A stretch of 64,000 bases of DNA from an uncultured Spirochaetota bacterium (GTDB taxonomy: Bacteria; Spirochaetota; Spirochaetia; SZUA-6; Fen-1364): assembly GCA_963745235.1 (NCBI GenBank), contig CAVUXE010000028.1:1-64000 (forward strand). The letters are read 5' to 3'. Positions 36,775 to 46,758 of the stretch are shown here, piece by piece. Each line of letters starts with the position of its first letter. The first letter of the stretch is position 1. Made by a program: the position numbers and the translations under genes. Under the pieces are notes generated by a model. The model saw only the letters and a list, made by a program, of their open reading frames with translations, was not told the origin of the DNA and did not search any database.

Positions 36775-37860
36775 TCACGATCGCCTGAGCGCTTCTCCTT
36801 CTTCGAGCATCGCGATGAAGTTGCCCACGGGCACGTACTCCGGGATGGAGTTGCCGGACCCCAGTGCCCATCCGCCGCCCGGCGCGCAGCGCTCGAAGAG
36901 AAACCGCGTATGCTCCCGCACCTGCTCCTCAGTCATGGAGGGAAGCTTCACCATGTCGAAGCCGCCCAGATGGGCAATCCGGCTCCCGTAACGGGCCTTT
37001 GCTTCCCACACCGGCTCGATGACGTCTTCAAAGGAGTGGCGCGCGTCCCAGCCTGTTGAGATGATGTCCTCGATGACCGCGCTCAGGTTGCCGCAGGAAT
37101 GGAGGATGATCGGCTTCCCGTGCGCGTGGGCAATCTCCACGATCCGGTGATGCCACGGCAGGACGAGGCGGCGAAAGTCATCCGGACGCAGAAGAAGCTG
37201 TGTCTTGAAGCCCAGGTCATCGCCATAGCGCAGGGCCCCGACGCAGTCGTAGGAAGCGAGAGTGCGAAAGTATTCTACCACTCTCTTTCCCACTTCCTCG
37301 AACACGTCTTCTATCAGCTGCGGATCATCGAAGAGCAGGTACGATATGCCTTCGTATCCCAGGAGCCACATGACGTTCTCGAACACTCCCGGGCTGTCTC
37401 CGATGACCAGCATGCCTTCGGGAAGAACCCGGGGTGCGTAGTCGAACGGGGAATAGTCGATGGATCGCATGTCCACCCAGGGGTAGCGTTCGAAGTCGGC
37501 GCGATCCGAGATGGTCTTCAGCTCCTGCGTCATGTAGGGTCGGTCTCCCTGCTCGGTGAGGGCCGTCGGTCTCGGCTTCTGCTGGAACACGAAGCCAGTC
37601 ATGGACTCCCGCACGGAAGCATAGTCGTAGCCAAGCCAGTACTGGTGGCGGACATGCCGCAGAAAATCCCGACTTCCCGCGCCTTGCGGCGCAGGGAAGC
37701 TGCGCTCCCGCGGCAACTCGGGATCCCCGATGCGCCGCAGGACCGACTCCTCGATGTTTGAGAAGATTTCGAAAAACGGGATCTGGTCCGGGACCTGCCG
37801 TGCCAGCACTTTGCGCAGGCGCGCGAAGTCCGGCTCCGGCCTGATGGCGGATACGCTCAC
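36775..37860 (-). CDS. Uroporphyrinogen decarboxylase / MtaA-CmuA family protein
   Basis: PDQIPFFE, GDDLGFK, LHSCG, HLGGFD, GGGWALGSGNSIP; GTG start. Confidence 0.85.
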   Translation of the reverse strand: MSVSAIRPEPDFARLRKVLARQVPDQIPFFEIFSNIEESVLRRIGDPELPRERSFPAPQGAGSRDFLRHVRHQYWLGYDYASVRESMTGFVFQQKPRPTALTEQGDRPYMTQELKTISDRADFERYPWVDMRSIDYSPFDYAPRVLPEGMLVIGDSPGVFENVMWLLGYEGISYLLFDDPQLIEDVFEEVGKRVVEYFRTLASYDCVGALRYGDDLGFKTQLLLRPDDFRRLVLPWHHRIVEIAHAHGKPIILHSCGNLSAVIEDIISTGWDARHSFEDVIEPVWEAKARYGSRIAHLGGFDMVKLPSMTEEQVREHTRFLFERCAPGGGWALGSGNSIPEYVPVGNFIAMLEEGEALRRS

Positions 37861-39029
37861 CCGGCGTCGACCTTCACCCAGGCCGACCCGCGCTTTGCGG
37901 ATTCTCCGGCCTTCAGAACGAACTTCATACCGCGGAGGCCATCGTACACGGTGGGGAACTTGTACTCCTCCGTCTTCATCGGCCTCCCGTCCAGATGCCT
38001 TCGGATGGCCTCTGCCACTCCGCAATAGATGTTGGCAAACGCTTCCAGGTATCCCTCGGGGTGGCCCGTGGGGACGCGCGTGCTCCCCGTGGCCAGGTCT
38101 GAGAGGTATTCCTTGTGCCCGCGGCTGATCGTCTGCCGGGGCTGGTTGTAGCGGTAGATGTGCAGGTAGTTCGGGTTCTCCTGGGCCCAGAGAACTGCTC
38201 CCTTTTCCGCGTAGATCCTGATGGTGAGCCCGTTCTCCTCCCCCGTGGCCACCTGGCTGATGGTCATGGTGCCCCTGCCTCCCCCGGAAAGACGGAATAG
38301 CACACCCGCATCCTCTTCCAGGACCCGGTCGGGAAGGAAGGTGGTGAAGTCCGCGCACACCTCGGTGATCTTCTCACCGGTGATGAACGACAACAGGTTC
38401 TCGCAGTGGGTCCCGGCGTCTCCCATGGTTCCCACCAGGCCGGCCTGCTTCGGGTCCGTGCGCCACACTGCCTGCTTGTTGCCTTCCTTTTCCACCGGTG
38501 CCATGAGGAAGTCCTGCAGGTACTCCACGAGGACCCTGCGGACCTTCCCCATCTCGCCGGATTGGAAAAGTCCCCGGGCATGGCGCACCAGCGGGTGGCC
38601 GGTGTAGTTGTGGGTCAGGCAGAAAACAAGGCCGGTCTTCTCAACCAGCTTCACCAGCGCCTCCGCCTGTTCCCGGTTGTAGGTCATGGGCTTGTCCAGG
38701 ACGACGTGAAAGCCGCGCTCCAGGAACGCCTTGGCGATGTCGAAATGAGACACGTTCTGCGTGACGATGGAGACGAAGTCTATCCGCTCATCAATCGGAA
38801 GCTGGGATTCTCTTTCCACCATCTCCTGCCAGGTGGCGTAGGCGCGCGAAGGGCTGATGTAGAGCTGCTGCGCCGTGACCTTCGTGTTTTCGGGATCCCG
38901 GGAAAAACAGCCGGCAGTGAAATCGATCTGCCCGTCGAGGTTGGCGGCCATCCGGTGCACCCAGCCGATGAACGCTCCCTGCCCGCCGCCCACCATTCCC
39001 ATCCGAAGCCTGCGTTTCCACGCTTCCAT
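37857..39029 (-). CDS. Gfo/Idh/MocA oxidoreductase
   Basis: GMVGGGQGAFIG.VHR, DKP, WRTDP, GD.GTH, GHPEGY. Confidence 0.92.
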   Translation of the reverse strand: MEAWKRRLRMGMVGGGQGAFIGWVHRMAANLDGQIDFTAGCFSRDPENTKVTAQQLYISPSRAYATWQEMVERESQLPIDERIDFVSIVTQNVSHFDIAKAFLERGFHVVLDKPMTYNREQAEALVKLVEKTGLVFCLTHNYTGHPLVRHARGLFQSGEMGKVRRVLVEYLQDFLMAPVEKEGNKQAVWRTDPKQAGLVGTMGDAGTHCENLLSFITGEKITEVCADFTTFLPDRVLEEDAGVLFRLSGGGRGTMTISQVATGEENGLTIRIYAEKGAVLWAQENPNYLHIYRYNQPRQTISRGHKEYLSDLATGSTRVPTGHPEGYLEAFANIYCGVAEAIRRHLDGRPMKTEEYKFPTVYDGLRGMKFVLKAGESAKRGSAWVKVDAG

Positions 39030-39042
39030 GGCGCCTCCGACT

Positions 39043-40017
39043 CTATTCCTTGCGTTGCACAAGGACGGATACGATGATGATGATCCCCTTCACAGTGCCC
39101 GTTGCAAACGGTGAGACTCCCATCAGGGTGAGCATATTGCTGAGGATTCCCAGGATCAGCACGCCGAAAAAAGTGCCGATCACGCTCCCCTTTCCGCCGC
39201 TCATCCTCGTTCCGCCAATGATGACCGCCGCGATGGCATCCAGCTCGTAGCCGGTCCCCGAGCTGGCCGCGGAAACCGAGTTCAGGCGCGAGGTCTCAAT
39301 GATCGCCGCCACGCCGACCATTGCCCCGCTGATCGCGTACGTGAGGAGCTTGACCCTGTTCACGTTGATGGCGGAGAGGTGGGAGGCCTTCTCGTTCGAC
39401 CCGACGGCGTAGATATACCGGCCCAGCGGCGTCTTCTGCGAAAACACGTAGACCAGAGCGGTCAGGATGACGAAGTAGATCACTGGGTAGGAGATCCCGA
39501 AAAGATCCCCGTTGGATATGATCTCGTACTGCTGCACGTTGGCGCTGATCCCGCCGCCATTCAGGAGGTAGAGGGCCAGGGACCGGCAGGTGGCCATGGT
39601 CCCAAGGGTTGCAATGAACGGGGTGACGCGGCCTCTCGTTATGATGGTCCCGTTGACGCTCCCCATCGCAAGACCGCCGACCACAGTGGTGATGAGGGAA
39701 AGAGGGATGCTGTGCGTCATGTTGAGCACCCAGATCCCGCCCGCGCCCACCAGCACGAGCGCGGAGCCCACGGAGAGGTCGATCCCGCCCGAGATGATGA
39801 TCAGCGTCATTCCCAGGGAAATCACGCCGATGATCGAGTCATTGCGCAGGATATTGATGATGTTCGCTTCGCTGAGGAAGCTGCTGCCGGCGAGCACCGT
39901 CGCAATGATCACCATGGCAAGGAGTGCCACGATGGCGCTGTTCTCCGCGACGAACCTCACGATGGGCCCGGCCACCGGATGGCGGCGAATGGTCTGGTAC
40001 CTCGATTGTACGCTCAT
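39043..40017 (-). CDS. Monosaccharide ABC permease (RbsC-like)
   Basis: GGIDLSVG, PFIATLG, GRYIYAVGSNE, YELDAIAAVIIGG. Confidence 0.92.
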   Translation of the reverse strand: MSVQSRYQTIRRHPVAGPIVRFVAENSAIVALLAMVIIATVLAGSSFLSEANIINILRNDSIIGVISLGMTLIIISGGIDLSVGSALVLVGAGGIWVLNMTHSIPLSLITTVVGGLAMGSVNGTIITRGRVTPFIATLGTMATCRSLALYLLNGGGISANVQQYEIISNGDLFGISYPVIYFVILTALVYVFSQKTPLGRYIYAVGSNEKASHLSAINVNRVKLLTYAISGAMVGVAAIIETSRLNSVSAASSGTGYELDAIAAVIIGGTRMSGGKGSVIGTFFGVLILGILSNMLTLMGVSPFATGTVKGIIIIVSVLVQRKE

Positions 40018-41546
40018 GCGTGGGACCTTTCCTGCTGGAGGGCGTCCGCCCGTCGTTTCGCGCCCGTTGCATACATCATCACGTTTTCCTCGGTTGCATT
40101 GTCCCGGTCCAGGATCCCCACGAGCTCCCCGTGATACATCACGGCCACCCTGTCGCACACCTTCAGGACCTCGGGGATCTCCGAGGAGAGGATGATGATC
40201 GACTTGCCTTCCCGCGCCATGCGCATGACGAGATGATAGATTTCGGCCTTCGCGCCGACGTCGATCCCCTGCGTGGGGTTGTCCAGGATCATGATCCGGG
40301 ATCCCGCCTCGATCCACTTCGCAAGGACCACTTTCTGCTGGTTTCCGCCGCTCAGGGAGGTGATGGGGAGGTTGATGTCGGTGACCTTGATGTTGAGGTT
40401 CTTCACGTGCTCCTGCGTCCGCAGCTCTTCCCGCCGCGAGTCGATGAAGGGCCCGCGGAGAAACCCCCGCAGCCGCGCAATGGTGGCGTTGGATCGCACG
40501 GAAAAATCCTTGATGAGGGCGTTCTCCTTCCTGTTCTTGGGGGCCAGGCCGATGCCGGCGGCAAGCGCCTTCTGCGGGTGCGTGAGGTTTCTCGGCGCGC
40601 CTTCAACGACGAGGCGGCCGCCGGTCTTCCTGCGGGAGCCGAAGATGCACTCGAAGAGCTCGGTGCGCCCGTCCCCCACGAGGCCCGTGAAACCCAGGAT
40701 CTCTCCCCGGCGCAGCTCGAAGCTCACGTCGCGGAAGGAGCGGTCGCTGGAGAGGTGCTCCGCTGCGAGCACCGTGCCTCCCAGGGGACGGGGCTCGTAG
40801 AAATGCTCCACGGCCATTTCCCGGCCCACCATGAGCCGGGCCAGGTCCTCTTCGCTCACCGACGGGGAGACCCGGCCGCTGCCTGCCACGCTCCCGTCCC
40901 GCAGGACGGTATAGCCGTCGCACACGGTGAGGACCTCTTTCAGCTTGTGCGAGATGAAAATGACGGAGACTCCGCTCTGCGCGAGGGAGCGCATCACGGT
41001 AAAGAGGTAGCGGATCTCGTGGTCCGTCAGGGAGGTGGTCGGCTCGTCCATGATGAGGATCTTCGCGTTGGCAAGGAGCGCGCGACCGATCTCCACCACC
41101 TGCTTGTAGGAGGCATCCAGCGCCCCCACCATCTCGCGGGGATCAATGGCGACGTCCAGCGTCCCGAGGATCTCCGCTGTCCTGGCGCACATGGCCTGCT
41201 CGTCGACGAAACCGATGGCCGTGCGAAGCTCCGCGCCCAGGAAGAAGTTCTCATAAACGCGCAGATCGTTGACGAGGTTCAGCTCCTGGTGGATGAAGCT
41301 GATGCCCAGCCGGTGGGAAGCGGCCGGCGTAGGGATAAAGGCATGCCGCCCGTTGACGAGGATCTCTCCCGCATCCGGGAGCACGACACCTCCCAGGATG
41401 TTCATCAACGTAGTCTTGCCCGCGCCATTCTCCCCGATGAGCGCGTGGATCTCCCCCGCGTGGAGACTGAAGTCCACGCCCCGCAGGGCCGCCTGGCCCA
41501 GGAAGGACTTTCGCATGTTCCGCATGTCGAGGATCAGACCGTCCAT
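40014..41546 (-). CDS. Monosaccharide ABC ATP-binding protein (RbsA-like)
   Basis: GENGAGKTT, DEPT, LSGGNQQK; two nucleotide-binding domains. Confidence 0.95.
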   Translation of the reverse strand: MDGLILDMRNMRKSFLGQAALRGVDFSLHAGEIHALIGENGAGKTTLMNILGGVVLPDAGEILVNGRHAFIPTPAASHRLGISFIHQELNLVNDLRVYENFFLGAELRTAIGFVDEQAMCARTAEILGTLDVAIDPREMVGALDASYKQVVEIGRALLANAKILIMDEPTTSLTDHEIRYLFTVMRSLAQSGVSVIFISHKLKEVLTVCDGYTVLRDGSVAGSGRVSPSVSEEDLARLMVGREMAVEHFYEPRPLGGTVLAAEHLSSDRSFRDVSFELRRGEILGFTGLVGDGRTELFECIFGSRRKTGGRLVVEGAPRNLTHPQKALAAGIGLAPKNRKENALIKDFSVRSNATIARLRGFLRGPFIDSRREELRTQEHVKNLNIKVTDINLPITSLSGGNQQKVVLAKWIEAGSRIMILDNPTQGIDVGAKAEIYHLVMRMAREGKSIIILSSEIPEVLKVCDRVAVMYHGELVGILDRDNATEENVMMYATGAKRRADALQQERSHA

Positions 41547-41574
41547 ATGCGCGCCCTCCGCTCACCTGAGAGGT

Positions 41575-41604
41575 GAGCCCGGCCGCGGGCACGCGACCGG
41601 GCTC
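41575..41604 (-). terminator. Intergenic stem-loop after the SBP gene
   Basis: GAGCCCGG.CGCG / CGCG.CCGGGCTC. Confidence 0.5.
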
Positions 41605-41617
41605 TGATCTTGACAGT

Positions 41618-42568
41618 TTAGTACGGGGAGGAGGCGTCGAGATACTGGTCGACGTTGTCCTTCGTGACGGCGTTTGCGGGGATGATGACCTGCTTCTGGT
41701 CGGGCATCTTCCCGTTCATGATGTCGACGGCGTACTTGACGGCGTCCTTCACCATGAGGGGCGAGTACAGGAAGGAGGCCAGCGCGATGGGCCCTCCCGC
41801 CTTGATCGCATTGAAGTATTCCTGCGCCCCGCCGGCTCCGGTCTCGATCTTGATGTCCTTGCGCTTGCTCTCGGAAATCGCCTGGAGGACTCCAATGGAA
41901 AGCTCGTCATCGATGGTGAACACCGCGTCGATGTGCTTTTCAGCGTTCAGCAGGTCGCTCATGATCTTCAGGCCGGCCTCCTTGGAGCTGTTCTCAGCGC
42001 CGACTTCCTTGGCAATCTTGATGTTGGGGAACATCTGGGTCATCGTGTCCTTGAACGCGTTCACCCTTTCGGTATGCACGGATCCGTACGCGGGGACGCC
42101 CACGGAAACGACAATGCCCTTTCCGCCCAGCTTGTCGCCAATGAACTTCGCCGCGTTCACGCCGATCCCGGCATTGTCGCCGGCCAGGTAGAACGTGGGC
42201 TCGAGCTCCACTTTGCGGTCGAATATGATCAGGGGAATCTTTGCGTTCAGCACGCGCTGTGCTGCCGGGGTCAGGGGCTTGGTGTCTGAGGGCAGCATCA
42301 CGATGGCGCTGACATGCTGGGCGATCAGGTCGTCGACCTTGGCGGACTGCTCGTTGGGATTGGCGCCCGTGGTCAGGATGTACTTCACACCCAGGGCTTC
42401 CGCTTCTTTCTTCGCATTGTAGATGACAGCCGCCACCCAGCCGTGATCCGCCGCGGGGAAGCTCATCCCGAGCACCTTCTCCTTGGGCTTGGCGGGGCCG
42501 CAGCCCGCGATCAAGAGCACCGAGGCGGCGAGCGTGATCGCCGCAAGAACCATGATTCCTTTTCTCAT
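41618..42568 (-). CDS. Monosaccharide ABC solute-binding lipoprotein (RbsB-like)
   Basis: Lipobox LLIAGC; PAADHGW, IPLIIFDR, GDN. Confidence 0.9.
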   Translation of the reverse strand: MRKGIMVLAAITLAASVLLIAGCGPAKPKEKVLGMSFPAADHGWVAAVIYNAKKEAEALGVKYILTTGANPNEQSAKVDDLIAQHVSAIVMLPSDTKPLTPAAQRVLNAKIPLIIFDRKVELEPTFYLAGDNAGIGVNAAKFIGDKLGGKGIVVSVGVPAYGSVHTERVNAFKDTMTQMFPNIKIAKEVGAENSSKEAGLKIMSDLLNAEKHIDAVFTIDDELSIGVLQAISESKRKDIKIETGAGGAQEYFNAIKAGGPIALASFLYSPLMVKDAVKYAVDIMNGKMPDQKQVIIPANAVTKDNVDQYLDASSPY

Positions 42569-42681
42569 TCCGGGTACCTCCTTGAAGAGTTTGGATCCAT
42601 CAGCACGGATGGATAATTCCACTTGCTGCGGCTGCCGGGTCCACCCTGCAGCGTGGCACCTCCTTTCGCCCGCGCAGGCGC

Positions 42682-43965
42682 TTACAGTGCGTCCTGCTGC
42701 CGGCGCAGCCTCACGACAGTCTTCGACTCGTCCAGCTGCACGTCCCTCCATGTGATCACGGCGCCCCTCCTGACCGGCCTCGTCACTCGCGCTCCGGGGG
42801 CAAGCCCCACGGGAAGCGCGCCGAGCTTCCAGGCTTCTTCCGCAGTGTCCAGGCTGCCGTGGAAGGTGAAACCGCCGAAATCGTCCAGCCTTTCTCCGGC
42901 CGCGAGATCCTTCTTCGCGATGGTAAGCACATCCACCACCGGCCGTGGCAGCGGGGTGAGCCACGGCTCTCGGTACAGATGCGCCCGCGCTACGGAGATC
43001 GGCGCTTCCAGAAACCACAGGTGATAGGGACGAAAAAAGGTCGTGTACTTCCCGTTGCCCGCCTTCAGGTATCTCAGGTCATCCGCAATCCGGGCATTGT
43101 CGGTTCGAACGGTGACAAAGACGCCGCCGGACATGTCGGTGCCCTGCACAAAATCCACCACGCCGGGGAACGGGCAGATCCCTCCATCCTCTTTCAGGGA
43201 GAAAATGTCAGACACCGTCTTTCGCGTTGCCTCGGGACCCACCATCCCGCGCTGTATGGGCAGGCATCCGGTTGCGTTGGCTACGCAGGCCATTTCGAAC
43301 ATCGTCTTGGTGCCGTCCACATAGGAGGCGATGGTGAAGGGGTCCTTGCCGTCCCTGCGGGCGGACTCGGCAACGGTATCCGGAGTCGCCGCGGTATTCA
43401 TCGCGTTGTTTTTTCCCTTCCCGATGGCCACGGCTTCGAAGCCGAGGGTCTGCACGTAGTCCCACAGCTCCATGATGCAGCCCGGCTCATCTCCGCCCGA
43501 GACGGTGTAGAGGATGCCTGCCTTGTCTGCGAGGTGCTTGAGGACTCTTCCCGCGGTGACATCCGCCTCGATGTTCACGAGGACCACGTCCTTGCCGTTC
43601 TGGATGCAGGACCACGCGGTCTCGGCGCCGATTGCCGGAGATGGAGTGACGTCCACCACGATGTCCACGTCGTGAAGGTGCGCGGCTAATCCATAGAGGC
43701 CGGTCGCCACGCGCTTGCCGGCCCGCAGCGCATCCGCGGCGGCGGAAACCTTCTCCGTTTCCACGATGCTCTCGGCAGGGACTCCCGTTGACTGCAGCAC
43801 CGATCGGGCGAGCGCGACGTCCGTGTCCGCAAGGACAGACACCTGCATGCCCTTCATCCGGGCGGCCTGGGTGACGAATCCGCTGCCGATCCAGCCGGCG
43901 CCGCTCACTGCAAGGCGGATGGGATTGCCCGCACTGTCTCTTTTTCGAAGATCGCTCAGGAGCAT
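42682..43965 (-). CDS. NAD(P)-dependent oxidoreductase with a C-terminal SAF domain (homoserine-dehydrogenase-like)
   Basis: GAGWIG, NIEADVT, GDEPG, GKGKNN, DGTKT, RPYHL, AKKDL.AGE.LD. Confidence 0.85.
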   Translation of the reverse strand: MLLSDLRKRDSAGNPIRLAVSGAGWIGSGFVTQAARMKGMQVSVLADTDVALARSVLQSTGVPAESIVETEKVSAAADALRAGKRVATGLYGLAAHLHDVDIVVDVTPSPAIGAETAWSCIQNGKDVVLVNIEADVTAGRVLKHLADKAGILYTVSGGDEPGCIMELWDYVQTLGFEAVAIGKGKNNAMNTAATPDTVAESARRDGKDPFTIASYVDGTKTMFEMACVANATGCLPIQRGMVGPEATRKTVSDIFSLKEDGGICPFPGVVDFVQGTDMSGGVFVTVRTDNARIADDLRYLKAGNGKYTTFFRPYHLWFLEAPISVARAHLYREPWLTPLPRPVVDVLTIAKKDLAAGERLDDFGGFTFHGSLDTAEEAWKLGALPVGLAPGARVTRPVRRGAVITWRDVQLDESKTVVRLRRQQDAL

Positions 43966-43969
43966 GGCC

Positions 43970-44947
43970 TCACCTCCCGCCCTTCGCGGCCACCACGTCC
44001 AGCGCGGCCTCCACGATGTCCGGGGCGGCAAAATGGTGGCGAGCCATCAGCTCCTCCACGGAACCGGATTCCAGGTGGGTATCCTGAACGCCGATGAAGC
44101 GCATCGGGACCGGATGTTCTTCCGCGGCCACCTGGGCAACGGCCGCGCCCATTCCCCCGCGCACGAGGTGCTCCTCCGCGGTCACGATTGCCCCTGTTTC
44201 CCGGGCGGCGGCCAGGACCGCTTCCCGGTCGATGGGTTTCACGCTGAGCATGTCCAGCACCCTGGCCTGGATGCCTTCCTTCTGGAGCGTTGCGGCCGCG
44301 TCCAGGGCCACGCCGACCATCAGGCCGCACGCGGCAAGGGTCACGTCGGCGCCGTTTCGCACCACGTTCGCTTTTCCGATCCTGACCCGGCACTTTCCTT
44401 CCGCGTAGATTCGAGGGAACTCGCCGCGGCTGGAGCGGATGTAGACGGGACCCACGAAGTCTGCCGCGGCCTTGACGCAGGCGGCCATCGCGGTCTCATC
44501 GCTGGGAACAAGGATGGAGAAGGAAGGAAGGCCTCCCACGAGGGCGAAATCCTCGATGGCGTGCGAGGTGGGGCCTTCCCGACCGGTGGAAATGCCGGCG
44601 TGGCTGCCGAGCAGCTTGACGTTCAACCCCGCAATGGACACCTGCAGCCGAAGCTGGTCGTAGGCGTTGGGCAGCAGGAAACAGGGCAGGCTTCCGACAA
44701 ACGGGATGAAGCCGCAGGCGGCAAAGCCTGCGCTCACACCCACCAGGTTCGCCTCTGCGATGCCGATGTTGAAGAAGCGATCCGGGAAAGTATTCCTCAT
44801 GAGCCCCATCCCGGTGGAGCTGGAAAGATCTCCGTCCAGGGCGATCACCCGGTCATCCGCCCGCGCGACCTCCACGAGAGCACCGGCGAAGGCGTCCCGC
44901 ATCTGCTTCGTGCCCCGAGGGAGCCCGGCCTCCTCACCGATGCGCAT
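43970..44947 (-). CDS. Transketolase, C-terminal subunit
   Basis: RFFNIGIAEAN, EGPTSHAIED, TAEEH. Confidence 0.92.
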   Translation of the reverse strand: MRIGEEAGLPRGTKQMRDAFAGALVEVARADDRVIALDGDLSSSTGMGLMRNTFPDRFFNIGIAEANLVGVSAGFAACGFIPFVGSLPCFLLPNAYDQLRLQVSIAGLNVKLLGSHAGISTGREGPTSHAIEDFALVGGLPSFSILVPSDETAMAACVKAAADFVGPVYIRSSRGEFPRIYAEGKCRVRIGKANVVRNGADVTLAACGLMVGVALDAAATLQKEGIQARVLDMLSVKPIDREAVLAAARETGAIVTAEEHLVRGGMGAAVAQVAAEEHPVPMRFIGVQDTHLESGSVEELMARHHFAAPDIVEAALDVVAAKGGR

Positions 44948-45773
44948 GCAGTATCTCCTCCCGGGCCTGTTGCAGCTGGTCGCCGACGGGCGAGCGGGCG
45001 TGGAACGTGTAGTCGCTTTCCATGAAGGACACGCCCTTTCCCTTCTTCGTATGGGCGATTACCACCTGCGGGCGGCCCTGAACGACGCGGGCGCAGTCCA
45101 GGCGCCTGCGAAGGTCCTCCATGTCGTGACCATCCGCCTCTTCCACGTGCCAGCCGAATGCCTTCCATTTCTCGCCGAACGGCTCCAGGGCCATCTCGCG
45201 GGCTATCGGGCCCGTCTGCTGGTATTTGTTGTAGTCCACGATGGCTGTCAGGTTCTCAACCCGGAAGTGCGCTGCCGCCATGGCGGCTTCCCACACCTGG
45301 CCCTCGTCGCACTCACCGTCCCCCAGGAGCACATAGACGCGGAACGCATGGCGTCCCAGCCGTCCGGCAAGCGCGGTCCCCAGACCAAAGGAAAGGCCCT
45401 GGCCCAGCGATCCGCTTGTCACCTCGACACCAATGGCGACATTCTGCTTCGGGTGGCCGTGCAGCGGCGATTCCATGGTTCGAAACCCCGAGAGCTCGGA
45501 GACGTCGAAGAACCCCGCTCGGGCAAGCACGGCGTACAGCGCGGGAGCGGCATGGCCCTTGCTCAGGATGAACCTGTCACGATCCGGCCAGGTGGGCTCC
45601 GCGGGCCTCACCTTGAGGATTCCCCCCGAATAGAGAACTGTCAGTATCTCCACGACGGAGAAGCAGCTCGTGGGATGTCCGCCCATCCGCGCGGTCATCT
45701 CCAGGACATCGAGCCGGACCGACCGCGCGATCTCCTGCAGCGCCGCGAGGTTTGTCCTTCCCGCTTCCGTCAT
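44934..45773 (-). CDS. Transketolase, N-terminal subunit
   Basis: DRFILSKGH, GSLGQG, TPP motif GDGE...N. Confidence 0.92.
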   Translation of the reverse strand: MTEAGRTNLAALQEIARSVRLDVLEMTARMGGHPTSCFSVVEILTVLYSGGILKVRPAEPTWPDRDRFILSKGHAAPALYAVLARAGFFDVSELSGFRTMESPLHGHPKQNVAIGVEVTSGSLGQGLSFGLGTALAGRLGRHAFRVYVLLGDGECDEGQVWEAAMAAAHFRVENLTAIVDYNKYQQTGPIAREMALEPFGEKWKAFGWHVEEADGHDMEDLRRRLDCARVVQGRPQVVIAHTKKGKGVSFMESDYTFHARSPVGDQLQQAREEILHAHR

Positions 45774-46750
45774 GCCGCCCCGGCCTTTCCGGCGCTGCCC
45801 ATGACCCGGGTGATCTTCCTGACGTACAGGTCCTTCATCTCCCGGCGGGCTGCCGCGAGGTACGCGCGCGGATCGATTGCCGCGGGGTTCTCCGCAAGGG
45901 CCTTCCTGACCGCCGCCGTCATGGCGAGCCATCCGTCCGAGGCGATGTTGACCTTGCAGACTGCGGACTTGACCGCCCGGATCACCATTTCCTCCGGGAT
46001 CCCCTGGGCTTCCACGAGCGCGCCGCCGAATCGATTCAGCGTGTCAACGTACTCGCTCAGCAGGGCAGAGGCGCCATGGAGCACGATGGGAAAGCCCGGC
46101 ATCAGCTGCCCCATGGCCTCCAGGATGTCGAAGCGAAGGGGCGGCACCGGCTCTCCCTTTCTGGTCTTGATCTTGACGATTCCGTGCGAAGTCCCGATGG
46201 AGACCGCAAGGCTGTCCACCCCCGTCATCGCGATGAACTCCATGGCGCGTTCGGGGTCCGTGTACTTCGACTCCGCGGCAGTGTGATCCTCCTCGGTCCC
46301 CGAGAGCACACCCAGCTCGCCTTCCACGGACACCCCGTGCCGGTGGGCATGCTCCACTACCCTCGCCGTCAACTCGATGTTCTTCTCGAAGGGCAGAGCG
46401 GATCCGTCGATCATCACGGAGGAGAACCCGTCTTCGATGCAGGACGCGCATTCCTCCGCCGATGTTCCGTGGTCCAGGTGGAGCGCCATGGGAAGCGGGC
46501 GGCCGTGGGCCTTCATGGTCTCCACGCAGCCCTGCGCCATCCTCCGCACCATGGCCGGGCCGATGTAGGCGCGAACGTTCGCCGAGCACTGAAGGATGAA
46601 GGGAGAACGGGTCTCCATGGCCGCCTCGACGATCGCGAGCATCTGCTCCAGGCAGACGAAGTTGAAGGCCGGTACCGCGTAGCCTCCGGCGTGCGCCATT
46701 CGAAACATGTCCCGGGTGTCGACGAAACCAAGCTCGCGGTGTGCTTCCAT
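45770..46750 (-). CDS. Class II fructose-bisphosphate aldolase
   Basis: AVPAFN, LHLDHG, VMIDGS, GTSHG, VLHGAS, KVNI. Confidence 0.92.
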   Translation of the reverse strand: MEAHRELGFVDTRDMFRMAHAGGYAVPAFNFVCLEQMLAIVEAAMETRSPFILQCSANVRAYIGPAMVRRMAQGCVETMKAHGRPLPMALHLDHGTSAEECASCIEDGFSSVMIDGSALPFEKNIELTARVVEHAHRHGVSVEGELGVLSGTEEDHTAAESKYTDPERAMEFIAMTGVDSLAVSIGTSHGIVKIKTRKGEPVPPLRFDILEAMGQLMPGFPIVLHGASALLSEYVDTLNRFGGALVEAQGIPEEMVIRAVKSAVCKVNIASDGWLAMTAAVRKALAENPAAIDPRAYLAAARREMKDLYVRKITRVMGSAGKAGAA

Positions 46751-46758
46751 ACCCTTGG

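Noticed and set aside
39924-41576. Long antisense ORFs (550 aa here; also 56830..58359, 44667..46286, 19476..20654)
   Set aside because: They are shadow frames of well-supported genes in GC-rich DNA and carry no family motifs.
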